Part shown: in pieces, positions 31,151-40,421 of the stretch
Layout of the letters: every line of letters starts with the position of its first letter
Numbering within the stretch: position 1 is the first letter of the stretch
IMG/VR virus record: IMGVR_UViG_3300031088_000758
DNA length: 64,000 bases
Reading direction: 5' to 3' (one strand)
Source: a virus
Lineage: Duplodnaviria; Caudoviricetes
Notes under the pieces: generated by a model
Told to the model about the DNA's origin: nothing
Seen by the model: the letters and a program-made list of their open reading frames with translations, nothing else
Databases searched by the model: none
Translations under genes and position numbers: made by a program

Positions 31151-34100
31151 TCAACTTTCGTCTTTATCATCCTTTGGACGCAATACTCTACCTCTACGTC
31201 CTTGATTACGTCCTAATCCTCTGTAAGGGTCATCTGGTGAATTAAATAGTTTTCCTTGTGGATTACCAGGTTTTCCACTTACCCTAGGAGCATTATTTGA
31301 AGTATCATTGCTTTCATCCATTGCTTCATTTTGCATATTCTGATCATTCTCTTCCATAGAGTCCCATATTAATTGTTCCCCATTTTGGTTTTCAGAAGAT
31401 CGCTTTATTCTTCTTTCAGAAGCTTTTCTATTCATTGCTTCACGACGATCATTCTTATTATCTTTTTGAATCATCTCTTCTTCTTCAACAGACAAAGGTG
31501 GTTCATCAGATACAGAACTGGTTCTACTTCTAAAACCTGAATTGTTGTTTGGTTGATTGCGCAATTGTTGTTCTACAGATTTCTTTATCTTTTCTTCATT
31601 CCCTTGCTCAGCTCTTGTTAATCTGTCATCAATTTCACGTTCATGTTGTTCACGTTCTGATTCTCTCTGTTTCTTCAAAGTTGCATTTTGTTCTTCTTGA
31701 ACCCTACGAGAATCAACAGATGCATTTTGGATTTCTGATGCACGTTTATTGACATCATTATTCAAGTTTTTAATATTATTTTGCAAACTTTCTGCTTCTC
31801 TTCTAGCTCTGTTAACTTCGTTCTTTAGCTCATTTTCTGAATTATTCTTATGCTCACTTGATGGAGATACAGGAGCAGGTGAAGAAGGTCTAGAAGTTGG
31901 AATAGGTGTTGCCTGAGATACAGAAGGAACATTGCTATTTATATTTTGTTGTTTAGCTTGTTCAGCTGCAAATTCCTCTTCATCTCTTGCTCTCTGTTCG
32001 TTTTCTGGGAAGTCAGGACGGCGAGTAGGAACATTTACAGGATTATTAGAGTCTGTTCGCACATTAGAGGAAGGAGAAGTAGGACTTGTTGGAATACCAC
32101 TTGCTCTGTTTGTAGCCTCTTTGTGTGCGTTAGCTTGTTCAGCTGCGAATTCTTCCTCATCTCTTGCTCTCTGTTCGTTTTCTGGGAAGTCAGGACGACG
32201 AATAGGAACGTTTACAGAATTAGAACTTGTCTTTACTGGAGCAGAAGGAGATACAAAAGCGTTATCTGGTTTATGAAGCTCATTAGCTTGTTCAGCTGCA
32301 AATTCCTCTTCATCTCTTGCTCTCTGTTCGTTCTCTGGGAAATCAGGACGACGAGGAATTGGAGTATTACTTATTGAAGGAGCAACTGAACTTACTGACT
32401 GTTCTGAATCTGTCTTAGCATTAGCATCATCATTGTCTCTACTTGGTATTACAGGAGCTGCAAAGCTGGATTCTGAATTAGCAGATACTACATTAGATTC
32501 ATCATTGTTTTGTTGAGGAATCTCTGTGTTAAGTCTTCCGTCAACAGGTTTAACAAAAGGAACAACAGGGATTTCATCAGCATTAGCATGGTTCTTCACA
32601 GCGTCTTCAGCATGTTTGATGTCATCATCTGAAGCTTTCATTTTAACAAGTTTGTCATTGAGATCTCGCTCAATGTTGTTTAAATCGCTGTCTTTCAATG
32701 TGTCACCAGGTCGTAGATTTTCAAGTTCAGATTTGTAAACGTTGAATCTAGTCTTAGCGTTATCATACTTTGCGTTTGTTGCTTCTAGATCAAGCTCAGC
32801 ATGTTCTTTAGCCTGACCAGCTTTACTTATGATATCATCTGAAAGTTCATTTTGTACATTGAGTCTGACATATTCATTGAAATCTTGTTTATCCATTCTT
32901 GAAATTCCATGATCATTCAAATGCTCATTAAGATGTACATTGTATTGGTGACGCATACGTGAAGCATCTTGTGCCCCTATTGAAGCATACAAAGCATCTT
33001 TCTGTGGCTTCAAGTTGTTTATTTCGTTTCTATACTGTTCAACTGCTGCAGTATCCCCAGTAGCTTCTGCTATGTGTAATTTCATCTTAGCATCATGCAT
33101 AGCATTTGAAAGATTCTGATAATTAGCAAAGTCAACAACAAGTTTGTGCTCAGCTTCTACAGCGGCTATCTTTTCTTCCTTTTCAGCAGCGGTTAATGAA
33201 GGATTAGACTCAATTTCTCGTATTTTCTGTGCTCTGCTAATGTTAGAATCGGAAACCATTTCTTCTGTTGTTTCTTTTTCAGCTTCACGGAAATGTGCAA
33301 GTTGTTCTGTCTTATCTTCTAATTGCTGATTTCCAGACTCTTTATTTGCTACTGCTTCATCATACGATTGAGTAGCTGATGCAAGTGTAGCTTCTTCTCT
33401 CTTCTTGTCATTTTCAGCATCAATCATTGTATGCTGAGCCTTTTGTTCCTCAGAGCGAAGTTTTTGCTTATTGCCTGTGCTTGCTCGTTCATACTGAGCA
33501 ACCGCATTACCAAGCACTCCACCTTGACGACGGATACTTCTCTTAGCACTATCCTTAGCACCAGCTTTTGCGGCATCCAACCTATCACCAAGAGTAACAC
33601 CTGATCCAATACCACCACTTGCTACAAGAGCACCAGCTGTTCCAGCAAGAGCTGCAGTTCCAACGTTAGCAGTTTTTTGAGTCAAATTCTTAGTCTTGCC
33701 ACCAATGCCTTGAGCAACATCTCCTAGTTTATTAGACATAGCATTAGACAATTGTTGACCACCCATATTTGCTCGGCCTAGAAGACCCATAAGTTCATTA
33801 CGATACATGAACAACGCCATAGTAACAACGATAACGAATAATAGAGTCATACCAATATTAGATATGTCGGTTAACACAGCACCATAGATTGCTAAGGTAG
33901 CAACTAAGAATACAGCGGATAGAAGATATTTCAAAAGATTTGTGACAATCTTTTCAAGCCACCCTAAGAACAGTTTCTTTCCACGTCCAGGATGAACAGC
34001 AAATAAGAAGAATATAGGCGCAAAAGCCATAAGAATCAAAGTTCCTATATAGTAGACTAATGCGAATATGGCTGTTACTATGATGATGAAAGTTCCCAAA

Positions 34101-35590
34101 GCAGAAGTAATAATGGCTAACAATGGCATGAACAAGTTTCCGCTGATGCCTGACCAGTATGACCATGTGTTATCATTAGCTGCCGCTACAGCAACAACTT
34201 TATACCATCTATCATCAATAGAACCACTACGTGGAAGTTCAGAACTTTTTGAGACTTCATCACTCTGTGAAACGGCATTAACTTGAAGATACATTTGATA
34301 TGTCAAAACATTACATATTTTAGCACCACCATTGCTTGTCAAAGTCAATGTCTTATCTCTCATAGAATTATAAGATCCTGATGAGTATAAATCTACACAG
34401 AAATCGCTACTCTTTAAGCCAGCTTCTTCAATGCTGTCTTTTATTCTTCCTGTATTAGCATCTAGCTCATTAAAGCTCATACCAAAAGAACTATGCGCTA
34501 ATGGTTCAAGCACAAAGGCTTTCCATATGCTACATGTTATAGCGTTGGTACGAAGAAGCATTGTATCTGATATGCTAGCTCCAGAAACATTAGATTTACA
34601 AATATTAGTAGAAGTATTGGCTCCCTCTTTAAACTCTAATGTAGCATTAGTTCTACTGGCATCCATACAATTTTCGCCATTGAAAGCGCCAATAACACAA
34701 GTTGAAACAGCATTCGAAAAGGATATAGTTCCTTTAGATAGAATAGACGGATTCAATAGAAGCGCAAGCCCAACAATTACAGAAGCAATTAGCCATATTA
34801 CTCCAAATAAAGCTTCTCTGATTTTTCTCTTCACAAAGCCAATGTAGGCCACCCAAAATGCTGATATAGTCACAGCTATGACTAATAATGGAAGATAAAT
34901 GCTTGCTGTTAACGCTCCAATAATTCCGCCTGTTTGAGAACCTGTGCCACCAATTATTTTTCCTAAATTAAAACAGTTACCAGTAGGCTTAGCGGGATCA
35001 GAACATATAAATTCAGTGTTGAATGCAGTAACCGCAAAGAATTTGGCTAATCCTGTAACTAGGTTTGCTATACCTAGTCCGAGGTTAGTTAATCGTGTGA
35101 AAACTCCACCTATACAGTTACCAGCTGTCCTGCGTTCTTCTAATTTATCGCTATATTGAGAAGCATAGTTCTTGTAATTTTCGCCTTTTGGTTCAGCCTT
35201 GTCTCTAACCCAAAAATCGCCTTCACCTTCACCATGATACTGAACAGTAGTAGCACCTGCGCTAAAAGCTTCTTCAACAGTCCATGTTCTTCCCGATTTA
35301 TTAGGCAATGGGTAGCTTCCAATTCCATCACTTTCCCAAGAAGAACGATTATCCATGCCAACGCCCATAACAGGGGAGCAAAGAATACCAAAAGCATTAG
35401 CTGAGGTACCGTTATTGTTCTTACCGCTGATTCCTGCGATTAATGGTTGAGCAGTTATCAACATGATAAAAAGAGCGCTAAAAACAGATAGCAAAAATAG
35501 TACAGGGGACATGTTGTTCCCTGAATTCTTTATTTTTGGCAAATACATTTCATCAATATATTTAGAACTGTTTTTCCTACTATTGCCCAT
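31151..35590 (-). CDS. Third giant VirB6/TrbL-like protein with long repeat-bearing cytoplasmic tail
   Basis: CSIWKAFVLEP and FAPIFFLFAVHPGRGKKLFLGW are shared with the two paralogues. GGAG RBS before ATG 35590. Confidence 0.75.
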   Translation of the reverse strand: MGNSRKNSSKYIDEMYLPKIKNSGNNMSPVLFLLSVFSALFIMLITAQPLIAGISGKNNNGTSANAFGILCSPVMGVGMDNRSSWESDGIGSYPLPNKSGRTWTVEEAFSAGATTVQYHGEGEGDFWVRDKAEPKGENYKNYASQYSDKLEERRTAGNCIGGVFTRLTNLGLGIANLVTGLAKFFAVTAFNTEFICSDPAKPTGNCFNLGKIIGGTGSQTGGIIGALTASIYLPLLVIAVTISAFWVAYIGFVKRKIREALFGVIWLIASVIVGLALLLNPSILSKGTISFSNAVSTCVIGAFNGENCMDASRTNATLEFKEGANTSTNICKSNVSGASISDTMLLRTNAITCSIWKAFVLEPLAHSSFGMSFNELDANTGRIKDSIEEAGLKSSDFCVDLYSSGSYNSMRDKTLTLTSNGGAKICNVLTYQMYLQVNAVSQSDEVSKSSELPRSGSIDDRWYKVVAVAAANDNTWSYWSGISGNLFMPLLAIITSALGTFIIIVTAIFALVYYIGTLILMAFAPIFFLFAVHPGRGKKLFLGWLEKIVTNLLKYLLSAVFLVATLAIYGAVLTDISNIGMTLLFVIVVTMALFMYRNELMGLLGRANMGGQQLSNAMSNKLGDVAQGIGGKTKNLTQKTANVGTAALAGTAGALVASGGIGSGVTLGDRLDAAKAGAKDSAKRSIRRQGGVLGNAVAQYERASTGNKQKLRSEEQKAQHTMIDAENDKKREEATLASATQSYDEAVANKESGNQQLEDKTEQLAHFREAEKETTEEMVSDSNISRAQKIREIESNPSLTAAEKEEKIAAVEAEHKLVVDFANYQNLSNAMHDAKMKLHIAEATGDTAAVEQYRNEINNLKPQKDALYASIGAQDASRMRHQYNVHLNEHLNDHGISRMDKQDFNEYVRLNVQNELSDDIISKAGQAKEHAELDLEATNAKYDNAKTRFNVYKSELENLRPGDTLKDSDLNNIERDLNDKLVKMKASDDDIKHAEDAVKNHANADEIPVVPFVKPVDGRLNTEIPQQNNDESNVVSANSESSFAAPVIPSRDNDDANAKTDSEQSVSSVAPSISNTPIPRRPDFPENEQRARDEEEFAAEQANELHKPDNAFVSPSAPVKTSSNSVNVPIRRPDFPENEQRARDEEEFAAEQANAHKEATNRASGIPTSPTSPSSNVRTDSNNPVNVPTRRPDFPENEQRARDEEEFAAEQAKQQNINSNVPSVSQATPIPTSRPSSPAPVSPSSEHKNNSENELKNEVNRARREAESLQNNIKNLNNDVNKRASEIQNASVDSRRVQEEQNATLKKQRESEREQHEREIDDRLTRAEQGNEEKIKKSVEQQLRNQPNNNSGFRSRTSSVSDEPPLSVEEEEMIQKDNKNDRREAMNRKASERRIKRSSENQNGEQLIWDSMEENDQNMQNEAMDESNDTSNNAPRVSGKPGNPQGKLFNSPDDPYRGLGRNQGRRGRVLRPKDDKDES
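31953..32353. repeat. Three ~71-nt direct repeats inside the CDS (RRPDFPENEQRARDEEEFAAEQA)
   Basis: Copies at about 31953-32023, 32130-32200 and 32283-32353, in frame, differing at synonymous positions. Confidence 0.9.
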
Positions 35591-35667
35591 CAGCAACTCC
35601 ATAAAATTTTAAACTTTGTATTAGTTTATTTTCTATACGATATATAGCATTATCTAAAAACATAGAA

Positions 35668-35705
35668 AGACCTGATTGATACAATAATTAATATCAATCA
35701 GGTCT
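35668..35705 (-). terminator. Inverted repeat after PhoH gene
   Basis: AGACCTGATTGATA / TATCAATCAGGTCT. Confidence 0.65.
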
Positions 35706-35724
35706 CTCTTATAAGAAGACAATA

Positions 35725-37152
35725 TTAGTTTTGTTCTTCAATAAGCTTCGAAGCAATTTCAGCCACTTTTGAACGTTCAGTACGTTTCAAAGAAATATGA
35801 GCGAAAATATCTTCTTTCTTCAAACTTTCAATAACTGACCAAATATCCGCTTTGCTTCCTGCTTGGAGGAATTTGTTGTCCACTTGCATGTCGTCAAAAG
35901 TAAACACAATCTTTGAGCCTTCGCCCGCACGAGAAAGAATATTAAGAATCTCTGAACGAGAAAAGTTCTGAGCCTCTTCAAGAACTAAGTATGAGTTTGC
36001 TAAGCTTCGTCCACGAAGATAAGTAATTGGCGAAATTTCTACCATACTTTTTAACTTATCAGTTTCTGCTTTAAGAGCTGTGTCAGCATGTGGACCTTGA
36101 TTTTTCTTGACATTCTTTTTAGAAGAAGCAATAACGTCAATAGCATCATAAATAGCTCCGGCCCAAGCACCCATCTTTTCTCCTACGTCACCTGGCAAAA
36201 ATCCCATTTCTTGACCGTTTCCCATTTCGTGAAGACTTCTGAATACAATAACCTTTTGATATCTTCCCGCTCTTAATTCGTCAAGACCAGCAGCAATAGT
36301 AACTAATGTTTTTCCACTACCTGCTTTGCCTTGAAGAGAAACAATAGATACTTCATCATATGGCTTCTTCAAGTATTCCATTGCTATGTCTTGTTCAACT
36401 GTTCTCGCAACAATGTTAGAAGCTCTATGCTTACGGTTTAGATTAGTAACTTTATCTCCAAAAACAAGCACATTAGAAATTTCAGCTCCTGTGTCTGAAA
36501 CAATCTTCACATAAGCATTTTTAGCACGAGAGCTAGGCAAAGATTGAAGAACAAACTTATCTAAATCATTTTCCTTGTCTAAAATGTTGCTGTACTCATC
36601 ATCTGATATAACAAGCTCGTAAGTTCCATCAAAAGGCTTAGAAGGAACGATAGCGTTAGCATTAAATTCAACTGCTTCAAGGTTTAAATCAAGTGTAGCG
36701 TGAATTCGCATAGGAACATCGTTTGACATAAGCACTACTTGATTATTGTTTTCATCTGAAAGATTTTTTGCCACTGAAAGAATAGTACTATCCCGAGATT
36801 TTTTATCTTGTAAATGTTTTGGAAGACTAGCTTGTGTTCTATGGTTAGGCTCAACTTTCAAGGTTAAATTATCATACTCTTTTAATTCTACTCCTGTTGA
36901 GAGTTCTTTGCCATATTCGGCACGCAGATTTTCAATTAACCTTAACCATTCTCTTGCTAGGAAGCCAATGCTATTGTGAGTTCTTTTTTCTTCTAGCTCT
37001 CTTACTACAATGGCTGGAATAATTATTAAACAGTTATTTAAGACTTTTAACATTCCCGTTCCCGCCATTAGCAACGATGAAGTGTCTATTACAACCATCT
37101 TTCCCTTCAACTTGTCCGCCAAAACACTTTGATTTTCTACAGATTTAGTCAT
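35725..37152 (-). CDS. PIN-PhoH fusion protein (PhoH2/YlaK-like)
   Basis: VVIDTS..VVRELE..DSTIL..SND PIN domain. GKAGSGKT, GFLPGD, YLRGRSL and EEAQN PhoH motifs. Confidence 0.9.
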   Translation of the reverse strand: MTKSVENQSVLADKLKGKMVVIDTSSLLMAGTGMLKVLNNCLIIIPAIVVRELEEKRTHNSIGFLAREWLRLIENLRAEYGKELSTGVELKEYDNLTLKVEPNHRTQASLPKHLQDKKSRDSTILSVAKNLSDENNNQVVLMSNDVPMRIHATLDLNLEAVEFNANAIVPSKPFDGTYELVISDDEYSNILDKENDLDKFVLQSLPSSRAKNAYVKIVSDTGAEISNVLVFGDKVTNLNRKHRASNIVARTVEQDIAMEYLKKPYDEVSIVSLQGKAGSGKTLVTIAAGLDELRAGRYQKVIVFRSLHEMGNGQEMGFLPGDVGEKMGAWAGAIYDAIDVIASSKKNVKKNQGPHADTALKAETDKLKSMVEISPITYLRGRSLANSYLVLEEAQNFSRSEILNILSRAGEGSKIVFTFDDMQVDNKFLQAGSKADIWSVIESLKKEDIFAHISLKRTERSKVAEIASKLIEEQN

Positions 37153-37290
37153 ATCTATGGTTTCCTGTCTTCAGTTATCTCAGGATACAAATAATTTACC
37201 TATTCGTATCATTCTTATTTAAAAACATTAAATAACATTTTTAAATCTTGCTTGTACTACTTTCTATAATGTTAACCAAAAGATTATTAA

Positions 37291-37346
37291 AAAAGCTAAA
37301 AGTGCAACATAATTATTTTTCGAATTATGTTGCACTTTTAGCTTTT
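37291..37346 (-). terminator. 24-bp inverted repeat terminator after pilin genes
   Basis: AAAAGCTAAAAGTGCAACATAATT / AATTATGTTGCACTTTTAGCTTTT. Confidence 0.7.
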
Positions 37347-37351
37347 AAGTT

Positions 37352-37969
37352 TCAGATGTCTTCGTTGCTACCAAATGATACAGCTGAAACGGTTGAATGA
37401 TGTGTTTGACAACTTGGCAACCCAAAAATACCCCAGTCATTAGTACTGGAATCATATACTTCAGCATTAATGACTTTATAATTACCAGGAGAAGGTCTTG
37501 CACCATCAATGGTAGAAGTGTTAAAGTTTTCAGAAGTATAGAATGTAGAAGCTGCAGGCTGAGACTCGCCACGCTCATTTCCTAACGTTATTTTAATATA
37601 AGGTGCTTGTCTTTCAATTCCGTCAACCATGACTGTATTACATGTTTCTGATTTAAGAGAAGCTATATCATTAGTATGAGCTGTAGAAGGATTAGACTGA
37701 CGTTTATACTCATTAATAAAAGCGTATACAGTGTTTTTGTTCAAACTACCCGAAGAATCAACAGTGCGGATAGAAGCTTGCGCTGATTCTTGTGCGGAAG
37801 TGCTAAAAACAATTCTTGCGTTAACGTTTTTGTTAAGGTCTGAAACAAAGCCCATCACGATCAGAACAAGAGGTATAGATATCAAAAAAATGATTAATGT
37901 TGAATCAGCTTTGTCTGTTTTTAGCTTAGTGAAAATACTTTTCATCTTGTCCATAATAGACCTCCTCAT
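37352..37969 (-). CDS. TadE/TadG-like pilin or pseudopilin
   Basis: DKADSTLIIFLISIPLVLIVMGFVSD..SAQESAQAS, a TadE/G-type N-terminal helix. Confidence 0.6.
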   Translation of the reverse strand: MRRSIMDKMKSIFTKLKTDKADSTLIIFLISIPLVLIVMGFVSDLNKNVNARIVFSTSAQESAQASIRTVDSSGSLNKNTVYAFINEYKRQSNPSTAHTNDIASLKSETCNTVMVDGIERQAPYIKITLGNERGESQPAASTFYTSENFNTSTIDGARPSPGNYKVINAEVYDSSTNDWGIFGLPSCQTHHSTVSAVSFGSNEDI

Positions 37970-38544
37970 CTACGATTAGTGGTATCTGAGTTGGTAAGCT
38001 GAACTTCTGATTCAGCAGATCCAGTAGTTGTGTGTTGTCCACCTAAACCTTTTCCGTCCCCTGAACCTTTCGCAAAACTCATTGCTGATCCTGGTATTCC
38101 ACCATTATCCCAATTTACTTCACAATATGTTCGTTCACCAATAGAACCAGCCACTGAAGGACCACAATTAACATTAGCAATAGTAACGTTAACTAATCCA
38201 CTCTGGCTTGTAAGAGCGCTGACAACATTACATTCAGTAGTGCTCAAACTACTTATGTTGCCCTTGTAAAATTCTGTATTGATTCCAGAACATGCTTCTT
38301 CTTTACTTTGTCCATAAGCAAATTCAAGGTTTGTTGATCTTGTGGAAGTTCCATCTCCACCCATGATAGCTACCGTTCTTGCTCCATCTCTTGCAACAGC
38401 TTGAATTTGCCCTCGATTAGACATGTAAATGCCGAAATCTATCGTAGTAACAAGCATGAAAAAAAGCATTGGAAGGATAAAAACAGCTGAAACAAGTGAA
38501 TCAGCGCGGTCAGAACCAATTCTGTCCTGTAGTTTTTTAATCAT
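37966..38544 (-). CDS. TadE-family pilin or pseudopilin
   Basis: ILPMLFFMLVTTIDFG..QAVARDGARTVA is the TadE pattern. Confidence 0.8.
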   Translation of the reverse strand: MIKKLQDRIGSDRADSLVSAVFILPMLFFMLVTTIDFGIYMSNRGQIQAVARDGARTVAIMGGDGTSTRSTNLEFAYGQSKEEACSGINTEFYKGNISSLSTTECNVVSALTSQSGLVNVTIANVNCGPSVAGSIGERTYCEVNWDNGGIPGSAMSFAKGSGDGKGLGGQHTTTGSAESEVQLTNSDTTNRR

Positions 38545-38647
38545 TAGTAATCCATCCCCGTTTAATTTATGTTATACATATTTATAATATCAATAGGTTT
38601 TCTAATGAACTTATAAAATCTGTACGATAAGAATCAAATATTCCAGA

Positions 38648-39517
38648 TCAAACAAATCGACGCATTTGTTCAAGCTCTTCACGAAGTCTACGAATTTCTT
38701 CCATATAGTTCATACATTGAGAACATTCATAAACAGTTGGTGGAGTTCCCCACCCGTTTTTAGCCACATCAGCAATAGAAATGTAGAACCTTCGTTTAGC
38801 ATCAAGACTCATGTGAGAGTCAGCGTTAGAATCAGGCTCTAAAGCAAAAATCATCATTCTCAAATAATCACTAGAAGATATACACAATCGTTGTGCTCTC
38901 CATTTTATAGTTTCTGCTTCTGTCATACTCATACGGCCCGAAAGTCTATTATTCCTCTTTTCATTTTGAGCTACAAGTTTGTCTAACTTACGATTTATTT
39001 CGTTAATTTTTATACTATATACGGAGATGACATCCTCATCATCTTCATCATCTAGTAATGTTATCATTTGCTCTTTATCTTTGCGATACTTAGCTTGGTT
39101 CTCATAAGCATCATCTATCTCTTTGAACGCTTTTTCTGCTCTTTCTCTCCAGCCATTTATGTCTACTGAACCTAGAGCACGATTTCTGATAAATTGAGAC
39201 ATAGTGATTTTTTCACCAGCGGTTTTTATTGCTTGTAATTCTTGGTCTAAAGACACTCGCTCCTGAGTGGTTACTGTGATAGAAACACGTTGATCTAACG
39301 GAGCACCACGTTTTTTACGATTAGAAACACGAGGCTTCCAGTCTTTGAAAAGATCAATAAGTTCTGGACGACCTCTTTCTTCGAGAATGCTCAGCTTCTC
39401 TTCAGTAGACATTGCTTCAGCAGCAACAACATAGCGATTATCATTTTCATTAGAATGATCTAAATGCTGTTTTACATTAGTTGCTGCTTTAATCTGTCTT
39501 GTCTTGCGATTACTCAT
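38648..39517 (-). CDS. Tandem MobC-like ribbon-helix-helix protein (relaxosome accessory or regulator)
   Basis: QRVSITVTTQER..ITMSQFIRNRAL and NRLSGRMSMTEAETI..ISSSDYLR. C-terminal CxxC. Confidence 0.55.
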   Translation of the reverse strand: MSNRKTRQIKAATNVKQHLDHSNENDNRYVVAAEAMSTEEKLSILEERGRPELIDLFKDWKPRVSNRKKRGAPLDQRVSITVTTQERVSLDQELQAIKTAGEKITMSQFIRNRALGSVDINGWRERAEKAFKEIDDAYENQAKYRKDKEQMITLLDDEDDEDVISVYSIKINEINRKLDKLVAQNEKRNNRLSGRMSMTEAETIKWRAQRLCISSSDYLRMMIFALEPDSNADSHMSLDAKRRFYISIADVAKNGWGTPPTVYECSQCMNYMEEIRRLREELEQMRRFV

Positions 39518-39572
39518 TTTTACTCCTAAAAAATTTTACTAAGTATATTTATTTAAACTGAACTAAAATCAA

Positions 39573-40397
39573 TCAAGCATCACAAGTCCTTAATCCTTTT
39601 TCCAAAGCACGCTTGTCTTTAGCAGTAATTGTGGCATCATATTTATCAGCAGTTTCAACCCATAATTTGCTGTACTCACAGTGAAAATCTTTGTTTTTAG
39701 GCATGTAGTCACCTGGACCAGCATCACCTTTCTTTCTATTTTCAGTTGCAGATACGGCTAGAAGCTGACTTTTATCGTTAGCAAATGTTTCTTTTTGTTC
39801 AGGAGTCCAGTTTTGTCCTCCACGTTGCGCCATTGCTGAAAGAGGAATAACATGGTCTATATCTAGTTTGCTTGCGTCAGTAAACGTTTCATTCGAATAA
39901 GGATCAACCCAAGTTCCAGAAGTTATTTTACAAGTTTTAGCATCCGCTTTAACATCAGTGCCTTGTTCCTTCAACACTTCTTCACGAGTGTTGCAAGGGC
40001 TACCTGTCCAATGCTTCCAATCCGAACGTTCATAATCCACATTTTGAAGTTCCGCTATCTTCAGCGTATCAAGTTTCTTTAAGGATGAATTCTTATCCGT
40101 TCCGCTAGTTGCTGATCCTTGACTACCCTTGCCTTCACCATTACTAGATCCGCCTGAGCTACTGCCACCATTAGACCCACCACCAAAAGGATTAGCACAT
40201 TCCCATTTTATACTGCCATCTGAACATTCCCATATTTTGTCTGAATAAGATTTGAAATACGCAAACAAATCACTAGGACTATTTATATCATTGACCTTAG
40301 CAATTCCAATTAGTCCTGATGCCATTAAAATTAGAGTGATACCAGTAGCAATGAGACCTTTAAAGCCTCCACTGTTATTACCTTTTTTAGCACTCAT
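39573..40397 (-). CDS. Membrane-anchored/secreted HNH nuclease (DUF1524-type)
   Basis: N-terminal TM. CNTREEVL..GTWVDPY..LDIDHVIPL..FAND..LLAVSATENRKKGD. Confidence 0.85.
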   Translation of the reverse strand: MSAKKGNNSGGFKGLIATGITLILMASGLIGIAKVNDINSPSDLFAYFKSYSDKIWECSDGSIKWECANPFGGGSNGGSSSGGSSNGEGKGSQGSATSGTDKNSSLKKLDTLKIAELQNVDYERSDWKHWTGSPCNTREEVLKEQGTDVKADAKTCKITSGTWVDPYSNETFTDASKLDIDHVIPLSAMAQRGGQNWTPEQKETFANDKSQLLAVSATENRKKGDAGPGDYMPKNKDFHCEYSKLWVETADKYDATITAKDKRALEKGLRTCDA

Positions 40398-40421
40398 AAA
40401 AACTCTCCTATAATCTTATAC

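Noticed and set aside
31953-32353. Possible CRISPR array
   Set aside because: The repeats are about 71 nt, in frame within a CDS with synonymous variation. Spacers are unequal and there are no cas genes.
38545-38647. oriT next to the MobC-like gene
   Set aside because: No inverted repeat plus nick-site pattern is visible, and there is no relaxase in the window.
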